Part shown: positions 1 to 11,964 of the stretch, in pieces
Layout: every line of letters starts with the position of its first letter
Position numbering within the stretch: position 1 is the first letter of the stretch
Origin: Trichosphaerium sp. ATCC 40318
Lineage: Eukaryota; Protista; Tubulinea
Direction of reading: 5' to 3'
Assembly (NCBI GenBank): GCA_038496445.1
Contig: JALMLS010000414.1
Coordinates: 171,395-235,394 of the forward strand
DNA: 64,000 nt
The notes under the pieces: generated by a model
Seen by the model: only the letters and a program-made list of their open reading frames with translations
Told to the model about the DNA's origin: nothing
The model's database searches: none
Made by a program: the position numbers and the translations under genes

Positions 1-249
1 TAAAAAGAAAAGTTTGGAAAAGAGCTACTAGAGCCTTATCGTCCAATAGCTCCTACAAACAACACAACACAGATTGGAGGAGAAACTATCTCTTGGCTGC
101 ACTGCTTGTGTGTTTTTAGCTTTTTGCCTTTTGTTGTATTCAACTATTGAAGAACTTGAACTATATATTGATGCGGAAGGAAAAAGGTATTGGGTATTGC
201 AACTTTTGTTTTATTTCTGGTAGAACCATTAGACAAAGTTGCAGCTTGT

Positions 250-1130
250 TTCATCTTTATCACCTTTATACTGTTATATTAATTGAATAAACGCAACAAG
301 TGATTAGACACCTTCATCTGTAATGCAATCACAGTAATTTAGATCAATTGGATAAAACCCAGTTAGTAACTTTTACACCTACATCTGTGACTGAAGCGTT
401 GGCAAGGTTGATTGTATGTACACCTTTTAATTCTTTGACACCTTCATCCGTGGCTGATGTGGAGTTAAGGTAAATCTTCACGCTGTCAGGTTAATTAATC
501 CTGCATCAACAAGTAGTTTTGTACAAGCACACGATTGTTGAGACTGAAAATACATATTTGTGCCTACATATTGTGAAAGTAGCTGTAAACGCACTTCGAT
601 CTTTTTCTCGCCTCCGCTTTGGGGTCCTTGCTATGTTCTAACCAAGGGCGTACAGATTGATATTATGCAAACTACGGAACATAGTACTAAGATGTAATAG
701 CTCACTGGAGAAACGCGACACCAGTCATTCATAACTTATTCTCAATGGCATGTTTTTTTGTGACACGTGATTTACCATACGTTTTTTCAGAAACGGAATT
801 GTTACACATGATAAATAAACGCTTGTGACGTGTGAAAGCTTGTATTGGGACTTCAGTAACAGATGATAGGATAAAAGGACTAAAGTCGTACATACCTTTA
901 CTCTTAGAAATACTTCTGTTACACACATTGGCAAAATCAAGTGCTTGATATTAATGACCTGAAGATAATTCAGTAACAAGCACTGTATCAAATGAACCTG
1001 TAGACATGTTCTCGTGTTAAAGAGGTGCATACAGATGAGACTTCATTTGCATGGAAGGCTATCATTCAGTAATGTTAACGTATTTGCCACCATCGCCTTT
1101 ATAGAACAAGCTAATATGTAAATGTCAGGC
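250..1130 (-). pseudogene. Degenerate leucine-rich-repeat (probably F-box/LRR) gene
   Basis: Minus strand reads IYLNSTSATDEGVKELKGVHTINLANASVTDVGVK, then after a frameshift PIDLNYCDCITDEGV* (LRR_CC/AMN1-type repeats). In-frame stops and frameshifts; boundaries approximate. Confidence 0.5.
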
Positions 1131-1478
1131 ATGCTTACCAAATCACATAAACGTCGGTTCACTTTAATTAGATAGCATGACAACCACTAGTAAAAACGCA
1201 GATAGATATGACAGGATAGTAATAGAGTAGTCAGAACGAACTAAGAAATCCGGATGCAATCAACAGGTTGAGTTGATTTTAAACGACAGCGGTTCGGTAA
1301 TACAATGCAACTAAAGGCTCCAACATGCGAAATGAAAGTTCTATTTTGAGTACTTTGAGTGCACATGCTCTACTATCCTTTGTACTGCTACTGGTACCCA
1401 TTAGGTATACGTTCCATAAAGGAAATGTTTTATTGTTACTTGCAGTACAAGCGATGGCTTAAATTAAATCATAGTTTA

Positions 1479-2276
1479 TTAACTCACATAGCACCACAAA
1501 AGGTAAGAAATCAAACAAACCAACAGGCAGTGCAGCCAAAATGCCTGTTTCCAATATACGTACCAAAAGGGCCCATAATATTCATTTTTAAGTAATTTAC
1601 CATCACTTGACCACTCTTTTAGCTCACCATAATACTCTCCCTCCATATTTTCTTAAGCTGACCATTCTCGTGGTAATTCTTAACTTCTTCACAGTCTCTT
1701 TTCAAACTACTTAGCTTGTGACTGTTAATCTGTCCAGTATAATAATAGGTCATACGTTCATGTTTAAAATTGCGGTAGTCATCTATTTCCTGTACTACCA
1801 TGTTGTTGTTGGCATAGAGGCAGTTTTTTACAAATACTTGGATGCCATTGAGGATAATCAACACAGTTGATCCTTTGTAGAATTGCCACTCCTTATACTC
1901 TCCTTCTATCTTACCATCTTTGTAATAACACCTCATCATGAGACTGCCACAAATCCACCTTTTGTTAACTCCATGTAGTTTACCATGTCTCCAATTATCT
2001 TCAGCCTAAGTTTTTTATTACTTTCCTAAAAAGGTAATACAAGAAATTCTCAATTACCGAGCAATGTCTTTTTTCTTCTCTCCCTACTTTTGTAGTGTAT
2101 TGCTTCCACTTGCCATGTTTTCTCAGCTCAGAATCGAATCTTGTCATCATTGCGGCGTGTTTTGATAACAGAGGATACACTTTATAAATGCTCAAGTCGT
2201 CATCGATGATATCAAGCTGTAGCTCCACAGGAAGGTTCAATAAGTGGCAAATAGGCAGTTCCGAAGCATTTGTCAT
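1479..2276 (-). pseudogene. F-box-like + MORN-variant repeat protein with C-terminal hydrophobic tail, frame-disrupted
   Basis: N-terminal HLLNLPVELQLDI, MORN-variant repeats (DGKIEGEYKEW, YHENGQLK). After a frameshift near 1640 it continues YYGELKEWSSDGKLLKNEYYGPFWYVYWKQAFWLHCLLVCLISYLLWCYVS* (TAA at 1479-1481). Confidence 0.7.
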
Positions 2277-3894
2277 CTATTTCTTGCAGTTAGCGTAGTT
2301 TTACGTTAAAAGCGCTTACTTTTGTTTTCTTAGGCGTCGTTTAGTCTTTTGATGGTTTGGTTAATGGCGGGAACAGAAATAATCAAAACTTGACGTTGGT
2401 TGACTTAACAGCTGAGTGTTGATTGAAGCTCAACTCTACATTTTTACGAGTTGGTTTTGACATGGTAAGTTGATTTATTGAAGCTCGATGCTACTGGTAA
2501 CTACCAACGAAGCCACTAAACCTTTAAAGTTCTTTTATTATGCGTTTCTCAGAAAATACTTACAGCGCTTTACAAGTCTACATTTGGTAAAATTTAGACT
2601 GAAGTGCATGGCAAGCGCTTAATGGCTATTGCCAGTTAAAAAGAATAAAGATCTGCTTTGCACATATGCAATCATGTTATGCGGTTAATGCAACACATGT
2701 CCTGATTCCAAAGACCCAAACCGACCTATAAAGATCTACTACAATATATAGTTGAAGACAACATCTAAACAAACATGATACCGTGACTGTTTGTGTAGAC
2801 AAGAGGTTTGTTGTAGCCTTGAGGTTCTGCGGAGATGTCGCCATCACATGCCATGATACACTTAGAACGGCCGTTCCAGCATCCTTCGTTTCTGGCGTAA
2901 GCTAGTTGACACTATTTCCTTTCAACTGAATATAATATAATACCAGAATACGCGCACTACCTGAGAAAAGAAGTTAGCACCTGCAAGACTTCTTTGAATC
3001 TATAGTGGACTAACACTTGCGTACAAATACCTATTGAATACTCTGAACTTCCTTGATACTGTGGGTTTGATACAAACGAGATTTGAGTACCAAACGTGTC
3101 AGAGTAGCTACTACACCAAACAGTATTCGGGCAGCCACTTGCAACAAGCATAGTGGAACTAGACGCAATATTCATGCTAGAATATTAATAGATGAAGACA
3201 GCGAATCATAGCTGTCACGTGTTTAATCCTTTTTGCTGAATAGCCGAGATTGACTTTAGAAGCAAGCGAGATTATAAGCTGCTAGGCTTCAGTGAAAGTA
3301 TCAGAACACGTGCATATTCGAGTTTTCGTGGATAACTGCAGCTGACAACATTGTAGAACGCTACATTCAAATTTGTTAAGTCTCTCTACTGATACTAGCA
3401 GTAGTAACAGTTTGAAACATGTTTGCAAAGCAGCACATGTTATGGCTTGCGTTGGTACAACAAGGACTGAATTACAATTGGTTGAAAAATCAAGGACTGC
3501 GATTGAAACAGTGTAGGAATGAAGACGTGCAGTATATAAAAAATGTAGCACACAGAAGATCAATTACAACAGCTGTAAGTTTAAGGTATAGTAGTGTTTA
3601 TAATCATTTGATGGCTACAACATTCTAAAAAAAGCGCCAATTCTTGCTAGATCGTCTGACAATGACAGCACATCGCAATGGTCAACCTTTCAGAATAGCT
3701 AATGAATGTAAACTTGTTTTCGGAACAGCAGTTTTATTTCTCTTTGGTTTTAATGCTTGTGACTTACAACAGCAATAGTAAACTCAGTGTTGTTCAGACT
3801 ATAAAATTTATTTGCTAGCAGCACGGCTACAAAGTTTAACATTTCAAGGCAATCTTTTGGACAACGTGAGATTGTATACAAACAAACGTACAAT

Positions 3895-4704
3895 TTAGAC
3901 GTCTTCCAGCTTTGATCCATTAACATAAGTCCAATGACGTTCCAATATACCATCACGATTCCATGTCTTATATTCTCCATGTAATTTACCCTTGACAAAA
4001 TAACTACTCTCCTTCAATTTACCATTTTTATGCCAACTCTCATACTTCCCTTCTCGTTTCCCATTGACATACTCACTGTGTGATTCAGGTTTACCAGTAT
4101 CATACCAAGTGTTCGAATTGCCTTCTAGTAATCCATGTGAGTAAGTACAATCTGCCTTCAATTGGCCGTTAGCATGCCACTGCTTGAACTCTCCTTCTCT
4201 CTTATCTTTAACATAGTTTTCCTTAGCTCTCAGCTGCCCATTAGAGTGCCACCTTCTGTGCTCTCCTTCATACTTCCCATTGACGAACTGGAAGTGATTT
4301 TTAATTTGACCATTCTCATGCCAATCCTTTAAATCTCCTTCCAGTTTACCTTTAACAGTATAAAACTGAGACCATAATTGACCGTTGTAACTCCAAGATA
4401 AACTCTCTCCATCGAGTACACCGTTATCAAAATAATCCTTTCCCCACATCTGCCCATTATCGTAGCATTTTATACATTCACCATGTTGCTTTCCGTTGAG
4501 GAAATGAAACTTACGAGATAATTTACCTTTTCTGTATTTCGTCCATTTTCCTTGCTTTTCAAGGTTCTCATTAAATCGTGATGTAATTGCGGCTTGTTTT
4601 GATAATAAAGGCCATTTAATGAATAAATCGTGATCATAATCTGTTATATCCATGTGTAGCTCTACTGGAAGGTCCAGTAGACGTTTACCATAGACGAGTT
4701 TTTC
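3895..4704 (-). CDS. F-box-like + MORN-variant (MORN_2) repeat protein
   Basis: About nine 24-aa repeats GExKxWHxNGQL. The frame extends upstream of the listed Met through RLLDLPVELHMDI to a branch/acceptor (ctaat...ccag) at 4705; first exon not resolved. Confidence 0.85.
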   Translation of the reverse strand, partial: EKLVYGKRLLDLPVELHMDITDYDHDLFIKWPLLSKQAAITSRFNENLEKQGKWTKYRKGKLSRKFHFLNGKQHGECIKCYDNGQMWGKDYFDNGVLDGESLSWSYNGQLWSQFYTVKGKLEGDLKDWHENGQIKNHFQFVNGKYEGEHRRWHSNGQLRAKENYVKDKREGEFKQWHANGQLKADCTYSHGLLEGNSNTWYDTGKPESHSEYVNGKREGKYESWHKNGKLKESSYFVKGKLHGEYKTWNRDGILERHWTYVNGSKLEDV

Positions 4705-5101
4705 CTGGTAAAAGTAATTAGTTCAACATATTTAAAACAATTACGGCCTACGGTATGTTGTTCACCCAACATCTGTAACATGCTAGAAACTAAAGACTTG
4801 ATTCGTTGAGTTGTTACAGAAATATGGATGAAGAAAATCACCCTGCTTACTTTAAAAGACTTTACAGTAAAATCTTTCAATGAATTTTGTTGTAGCAGAC
4901 TTATCAGTTTCTTTGATGTTTATGGTAAACGTATGGTTATCTTTTAGCAGACGTATTATTTGATTTGGTCACATAATAACGAGACCACTTATCCACATAT
5001 TATGGAAATTATATAAAACGTTGTAGCTGCTACTAAAACATTTACATTTATTGTAAAACTCTTTTAAATCATCCATGTGTATCGTATGATAAGGCGTTTT
5101 A

Positions 5102-8100
5102 CTAACAGAATGGAGTCCAAGTACTGGTATCCAGCATCTTCTCATATGCTAGTGCTTGAATACGTAGAGGTTGTCTTGTTGGAGCACTTGGTATATCTCT
5201 TGGTTTTAATTGTATCATTTTTTGTCCTGTTATCCTTTTTGCAATCTCTTTACGGTCTTTTACTGGAATTCCTTTGATTTGAGACAAGTCCAACTAAACA
5301 CGTGAGATCAAAGCACAAACCAAAATGGTAGGAATGAAATGATGGAGTTACCTTGGTGAGATTAATACAGTGCTCTTCAATTTGTTTCAGTGTGACTTGA
5401 GTGATGGATGTACCTTTGAGACTCAAACATAATAAAGAACAAAATGGGAAACTTTCAAAAGTTCTTTTGAATGATTTGTCATTGAGTTTACTGTTCCCGT
5501 CAAGCAACAGTGTCTTGAGATGACACATTGGTTGATCACCCCATTTTATCATGGTTAAATGATATAAGTTGATCAATGAGAGAAACTGTAATTGAGGTGT
5601 ATTCAGCTCCAAATATTCAATAAAGCTTTCCGACAATTCTATATAAAGATTATGATTTGTAGATTAAGGTTAACGTACTCAATGTTTTCAAACAGGCGTT
5701 GGTTATGGATAGTTGTTCACCATCAAGGCAACGAACTTCAGAAACAATAAGAGATGCTAGGTTATCAAAGTTCTCAATTGTTTCAGAGAAGATAAAGCAG
5801 TTAACCTTTACATCAATTATCTCAATATGTGTCACATTTCCTGTCCTTCTTGAAAAATGAGGAAACATACTGTGATTTCTTAGATACAGCTCTTTCTAAA
5901 AAAGATTAATAACAGAACAAGTGTCTATGGTGGTTAAAGAGGAATGCTTGCTACAGTTGATCTACTGCTCATGTTGTTGTGCATCAAATGATCAAGCTCA
6001 AAAAATGTTTGTTGTTGAAAGTTTACATACCAGAGAAGGACAATCAATCGTTGCATACACTGAATATTGGTCTTCACATTTATTCGCAATGTATTCAATT
6101 TTATCATGAGAGATGAACCAAGTGATATTGCTTTTGAATGTGATGTATTTGGTCGTTGGAAAGCTTGTTATATACTTCACACCATCACCCGAACCCAAAG
6201 ATATATATTCCAGTAATGGACAATTTACAGACACATTGCTAAATATGCTCATCACTTTATACATATGCAACACCCGCAGTGATGGCCTAAACATTTTTAT
6301 GACATCTGGATTCAAGGAATTGAAGCCAAATGAAGCAATTTGTAGGGATGGATAGTTTGTGTCTTGTACAGCACGATTTAAATATAATCGCTTGAGATTT
6401 GGTGCATCAATTGTTTTCTTTTGGAAAAGATAAGTCAGAGTATAGCAAAGAAAAAAGAGAAAACCTGACAAAAGTAACTTACAACAGACTCTCTGATGCA
6501 CAAGAACGTTTCAAGTGTGTCCGACTTAATAGAATCTAGTATAGTGCAATTCTCCAATTTCAATATTTTAAGTTGTTTAACAATCTTGGGAAGCACCTTT
6601 GTAATAATAAGAGTGATTCCTATTCTTAAACAAAGGAACTACCTGTACTTACTTGTTTCAAGTATTTACACCGACCAAGTTTATCAACAAGTGATAATGC
6701 CTTGAGATTTGGCGTTACAAACTTGGTAAATACATCCCGTCTCCGGCCTATACCAGCCACCTGAAGTGCCCTAAGTTATTTCAGAAAAAATTTAACAACA
6801 ATCTTATCATTTGTTTAGTTACATTACTTGTGGTAAGTTCAGTTCCATTAATTCACTTCCCATAAGAAATAGCTCTAGTATACTCAGACTTGGCATGGTT
6901 GCTATTATATCAAGCATTGATTGATGACGTATTGAAATTCTCAAGTGTTCCAACCTTTTTTGTGATTGTAGTTAGTTGTTTAAAGTTCAATCCTAAAGAA
7001 GCACATACCCACTTAGTCCAAGTTCTTTAAAGTTTTTTACCTCTTCATTGCTTTTAATATGTAAATGATATTTCAAAGTCTTCAGTCGCTGCAACAGTCT
7101 TCTTTTTTTGGCACTTGAAAAAAAAAAAACAGTTAGAAGTCAACCACTATTTTTGTTTAATCTTTGTCATACTCATTGCTGTACTCCAGAAGCTTTTCCT
7201 CAAGTGGCTTACACAACAAAAAATCCAGGTATTCAATAGGACACTCTGACATTATTGCATCAAACCAGTCCCATGTGAACTCAAACAGTATTAAACATAA
7301 CCTATATATTGTTTAACATACCTTGAGCTTCAATGTTTGACCACCCATTGTCTATGATTGTACATTAGATCACAACAAGTAAAGAATATAAATAAGTTTA
7401 ATTACCAACGATTTGAGATTTTTGTAATCCTTTGCCATTTTCTTTAATACTGTGAGGTCAGAAGCAAGCAACTTTTGTTTTTTGATGATCAATGATCCAA
7501 TAGACATCTTATTTGGAACCTTTTTAAGTACGTTTTTGAGATCCTCTAACAAGAAAACCAGTTAGTGAGACATTTGAATCAGTTCCTTTTTAAGAAACAA
7601 ACCTTGTTTTAATAAATACGTACTTGTTATTGTTAGACTTTTAAGCAAATGTGCTTCACACATGTCAAACCAATATTTACACGTTGATCTACATGCCACG
7701 TGATCAGAACTTTCTAGAAACTTGATAATATGTACAAGTACTTCCAGAGGAACACCGTCATTCACCTATTATGCACAACAGTAAGATGAATCACCAAATA
7801 GAAATACATTACGAGACATACATAACATAATGTATTTGTGTTTGTCAAATCTTCTTGTTTTCTCTTGGTACCAGGCTGGCGAATATCATCCGTATCGGCT
7901 TTAATCTTCTCGCTTGTTTTTCGTTCCTGTAAAAGAATTAATCAGAGAATGCACGTCGTACAAACCAACGAGCGAACATAAAGCGAAACAACTTCAGTTT
8001 TCGGTTTAAAAGACGTAAGATCTATATTTGCATTACATCAATCCGAGAATCGAAGACAGCACTTGTACAAACCTAAAGAGATATTTACGTACTGGTTTTA

Positions 8101-8422
8101 TGCTAAACACTTGTCTTTGCTTTGAATAAAGCACATTGCGAAGTTTAGAGATTTCTTGTAACAGCGATTTGCGTAAATCTAGATTAAACGTCATACTCTA
8201 GATCCTCACGATGTTTTTAGCGTACCAGCGCTAATAGAGAGTGTTTTCTTTATTTTTGCGGTTGTTAACGCCATTAATTGTTTTCCGTTTAATCCAACCT
8301 CTCTAAACGCGATTTAGTGTAATTACATGGAGTACAGCGTACTTGGCACTATTAGCGACTTCCCCAAGGCCTACATTGTCCAACCACCCACACACCTCAT
8401 CTACAGACCAGTACGTTTCCAT
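5102..8422 (-). CDS. SAM domain - F-box - LRR protein, copy A (multi-exon)
   Basis: Spliced exons give METYWSVDEVCGWLDNVGLGEVANSAKEVGLNGKQLMALTTAKIKKTLSISADLRKSLLQEISKL (SAM), VPLEVLVHIIKFLESSDHVACRSTCKYW (F-box), then LRRs (APNLKRLYL, CPLLEYISL, LKTLLLDGNSKLND). Not every junction was checked. Confidence 0.8.
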
Positions 8423-9000
8423 AGTGTAGCTTGCAGGTGTAACTGTAGAGCAATTAAGCAACACTAAGGCAAATGTCACGATTTGTAATTAAAAAAAGGT
8501 GCAATATGGTTTCCAAGCCTGAAAGCAGCGTATCAGTCTTATCGGTATTAACAAAGTGCTACAATTGATTGAGATACATCACGCGAGGTTTTAACCTGAA
8601 TAGCGCTATTTTATTTTAACGCTAAGCTTACTTTCTAAAAGGCCATTCCCGGTTTGTAGTACTCACGTGACTTTCTGTACTTATGCTCACATGAAGTACT
8701 CCCGCCACAAGGATACACTAATGGCAGAGCTTGCAGAGTTGCAAAAGGCTATCTATGCTCACAAACCAACTCGAAAAATAAGGCTTAGCGCTAGCACAAA
8801 ATAGCGTTATTTCAGGTCAAATCCTCGATCTTGAACAAGAAACAGCACTTTATTTCTTGAACACCATAGCACCCAGTAATAGTTTCCTTATTTTTTCGAT
8901 CTTCTTTTTTCGCTTATTTTCCATAAGTAAGCGGTCAGTACAACAAAAAAAGCACATCAAATACTCTTAGTCTACACAAAACACTAATTGAAGAGCGAAT

Positions 9001-9812
9001 ATGGCATCACTAAACCCAAGAGATGACGAATACACTGGCATTAATATTTCAACGGATACAATTCTATACAAACGACAGAGAAGGCGTAAAATTGGTTATT
9101 GGATAGCTTTTGCTTTTACGACTACAGCTCTCGTATTTTCATTCTTCGCCATGATTGCGCCTTCCTGGCAGGTAGAAATAAAGTACATGTCTCAAAATCA
9201 GCTTTTCTTTTTTGGCAATCCCACGTGACAAATCACATGAGTTACAGTTTTTTTTTTTTAGAGGCTCCAGGCACTTTGGTTTACTGTGGGGATCGAGCAA
9301 TAGCACTTCGTTCGCGTTACCTACTGAAAAGAGGTTAGAAAGACAAAACGGCTTTTTTTTTCGCTTCGTTGATTCGTAAATAGGTCTGCAGGCGTCGTAG
9401 GCTTTATTTTGTTTTTGATTGCATTCATATGGGGTATAATCGCTGCTGTATACTATATTTTAAAGGCTGTCAATAGGTACGTCAAAAGGTAATGGCTTAG
9501 TAACATTGAAATGTATTAGGAAGAGTATCAATTTAAAATTTAAAGTTGCATTACTTCCGTGGATGCAAAAAATGCTGCTAGGAGCTATTACTACAAGTAC
9601 AGTATTCTCTCTCGGTGGTATGATTGCTTGGGCTGGATTGGTAGGCTTCAATGGCTATAGATTTGGGTACACAACAGACAGCAACAGATAAAAAGATTGA
9701 TTGTTCGTTTTTTAGATATTGTTTCTACTTTGAACTGTTGGCCATACTACTTTCCGTAGGCGCTGCAGTGATGATACTACTTCGGAAGAGAAAAACAATT
9801 TCATACGTGTGA
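9001..9812 (+). CDS. Four-transmembrane claudin/PMP22-superfamily-like protein (5 exons)
   Basis: Four hydrophobic segments, W..FGLLWG in the first loop, FGYCFY before TM4, C-terminus RKRKTISYV*. GT-AG introns restore one frame. Confidence 0.7.
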
Positions 9813-10034
9813 CAATGCAGCGAACGAGCCAAGCTCAAATGTAGAGCAAGAACAAATAAACAAGTTGACAAAAAAAGTTTGATTTATTTCTCAGTTTTTT
9901 GAACAGAGTATTCTTTACAACTTCGCTCTTCGTCAGTTTCATTCTGCTGATTTACAGTGTAGTGCGCTGACCTGTAAAGTTATGAGTAAAAGAGCATAAC
10001 AATAGTAAAATCAAACAAGATTTTTCGGTTTTAT

Positions 10035-10111
10035 GCGAATGTCAGTAATGGTTATTGTTTTCTCTCAAATAATTTCGGATGTCCCTACGCCATTAATTCT
10101 CATCACGTCGC
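10035..10111 (-). ncRNA. Box C/D snoRNA
   Basis: Box C GTGATGA (10100-10106), D' CCGA, box D CTGA (10042-10045), terminal stem gcga/tcgc. D' guide GTAGGGACA is complementary to the conserved LSU rRNA segment UGUCCCUAC. Confidence 0.75.
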
Positions 10112-10287
10112 GTTTCGGAAGAAAAAAAAAAAACAGGAAACGTATTGGTGACTTACCAAAGAGTTTTGAAGCCTGTGTATCATGTCACCGATTGACCATT
10201 ACGTCGTCTACTTGCTTTTTACCTTGATTGGGTCAGTTCCACTTCAAAGAGAAGAAAAGAAGAGAAATAAAGTTGAGTTTTTTTGTA

Positions 10288-10352
10288 GAATCATTAACGA
10301 AAGGTAAAATCACTAACAGTCATACGGTAACACCCGTTAACATAATCACTTC
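10288..10352 (-). ncRNA. Box C/D snoRNA (degenerate boxes)
   Basis: GTGATTA ... ATGA ... GTGATT ... ATGA in C/D'/C'/D order with a short gaa/ttc stem. D guide CTTTCGTT is complementary to conserved SSU rRNA AACGAAAG. Confidence 0.55.
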
Positions 10353-10530
10353 GACTTTGTAAAAGAAAAAAAAATCAAAAGGCAAATAAGAAGGCATATC
10401 GTACATTAAGAGCAAGCAAATCACTGTAAAGGCATTCTAATCGATGCAGACAACGTCTGGGGTAACACTAGAGTAATCGTCAACAAGCTATACGACAGCA
10501 TAGTTGCAAAAAAGTGAGAAAGTTTTTGAG

Positions 10531-10611
10531 AAAATCAGTAGTGTGCTTGTGAAGCGTTGTGAATCACGAAGTCCTCTTAAACACGGATCAAGTTAATTGG
10601 GCATCATAAAA
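10531..10611 (-). ncRNA. U18 (SNORD18)-like box C/D snoRNA, copy 1
   Basis: Box C ATGATGC, guide CTTGATCCGTGTTT complementary to LSU rRNA AAACACGGA(C/U)CAAG (the U18 target region), C' GTGATT, box D CTGA (10535-10538). Confidence 0.7.
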
Positions 10612-10857
10612 GACGGTTTCTTGCGCACATCAAACGCAAAGCGAAGGATGTACGGTCGGATGAACCAAAAATAATTTGAATCGATGCGATTTGACAGAAA
10701 TAAGTACCTTTGGTGTTATGACGTTGGCGTGAGTGCGCTTTTTAAGGCGTTCGTTTGTTTTTCTCGATACATTGACGGATTGTTATCTCATCGCGTCCTA
10801 GTTTGATTATTAGATTGGTTTCTTGGGAAAATCGAAAGAACAAGGGTTTTTTTGCAA

Positions 10858-10940
10858 TAGAATCAGCGGGGTGCTTGTGAAGCGATGTGAATCACGAAGT
10901 CCTCTTAAACACGGATCAAGTTTGTTGGGCATCACTTTAA
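10858..10940 (-). ncRNA. U18 (SNORD18)-like box C/D snoRNA, copy 2
   Basis: About 90% identical to copy 1 only between the C and D boxes. Box C GTGATGC (10929-10935), same guide (10907-10920), box D CTGA (10863-10866). Confidence 0.7.
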
Positions 10941-11317
10941 AAGCAACAAACAGCGTTTTGGAAAGCAAGGAACGTACCATGTATTGTCTATGTACAAACG
11001 ATAGTCGTAGACAGCAACTTTATAGTCAGTTGTGTTGTTGAAGGCATTTGATGTGGAATTTATGACAATTTCGACCCAAAAAAAACTTCGCAAAGAAAAA
11101 GAAGGGCGAAACTTGGGTGATTTTTTTTTATACTGCACTTGAAGCTATTAACTGCATTGGTGGTGAACGTAGAGTGTAAATTATGTCAAGTGTCAAAGAC
11201 GCTCCAAATCGAAAAAAATTGACAATTTCATTATCTTATAAACAAAGCGGTGTCTAGAGGCTAGAACACCGGTTATGTAAACAAGGTTGACTCGTAACAT
11301 TACTAAGTGTCAAAGTT

Positions 11318-11733
11318 ATGCAAGGTGGAGAAGACTACGACATACTTACCGCAAAATGGCCTGAGGACGATACAAGACGCGGTAAGCGCCTACTACGTGA
11401 GCTCACTGCAGAACGCGCAATAGAAGAGGCACAGACTAAACTACAGTACGTAATTTATAGCGCCTTGGCATGTTTAAAAGGTGTTAACGCCGTCAGGGAA
11501 GAAAAGGATGCTCTCATCATCTGTGGCCATGAACCACCCGAAGAGAGCCCTAGTAACATAGCAAAAGCTTGTTTAGCTGCTAATGATAAAATTTTCGCTC
11601 GGAAGCGCGCTGAGAACCTATCCTTCACGCCGGTACGCATGTTAGAATACTGTAACATGCATAACACGCCCAGCAATGCGTTTTAATTATTCCAACTTGG
11701 AATTCCTTGCTATCGCATCACCAAGTGTCATAA
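11318..11733 (+). CDS. Hypothetical protein (at least 2 exons)
   Basis: Protein-like 105-codon exon, intron gtacgc...cccag, short terminal exon ending TAA 11731-11733. True start uncertain. Confidence 0.5.
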
Positions 11734-11964
11734 TCGCTACACCAGCTGCTTTCACCTATTTCCTACGTATCCGTTAAATTGTTTCAACTAATCTCCACAC
11801 AAGGACGAAAAAAAGGACGTCTACAACCGTGTAGCAAAATCGTGCCAATTTGGGGACCTTTGGGCTTGTTATCAAGAAGGTACGAATTCAGAAAAACATT
11901 TTTAGGATAAACTTTGTGCATTTTGTATTTCCTTCTCTTGCCTCTAATTGACTCTATAGCCGCT

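Larger units (their letters stand above)
9890..11060 (-). ncRNA. Spliced non-protein-coding snoRNA host gene (putative)
   Basis: Minus-strand donors (gtacgt ~10977, gtactt ~10708, gtaagt ~10156) and branch/acceptors (~10798, ~10222, ~9972) delimit short exons with no sustained ORF; each intron contains C/D box motifs. Ends approximate. Confidence 0.65.

Noticed and set aside
1-4704. Endogenous giant-virus segment
   Set aside because: No NCLDV core genes; the MORN/LRR genes have splice signals and are interspersed with host genes.
10540-10935. The 65-bp duplicate as CRISPR-like or transposon repeat
   Set aside because: Only two copies, bounded by C and D boxes; better explained as snoRNA paralogs.
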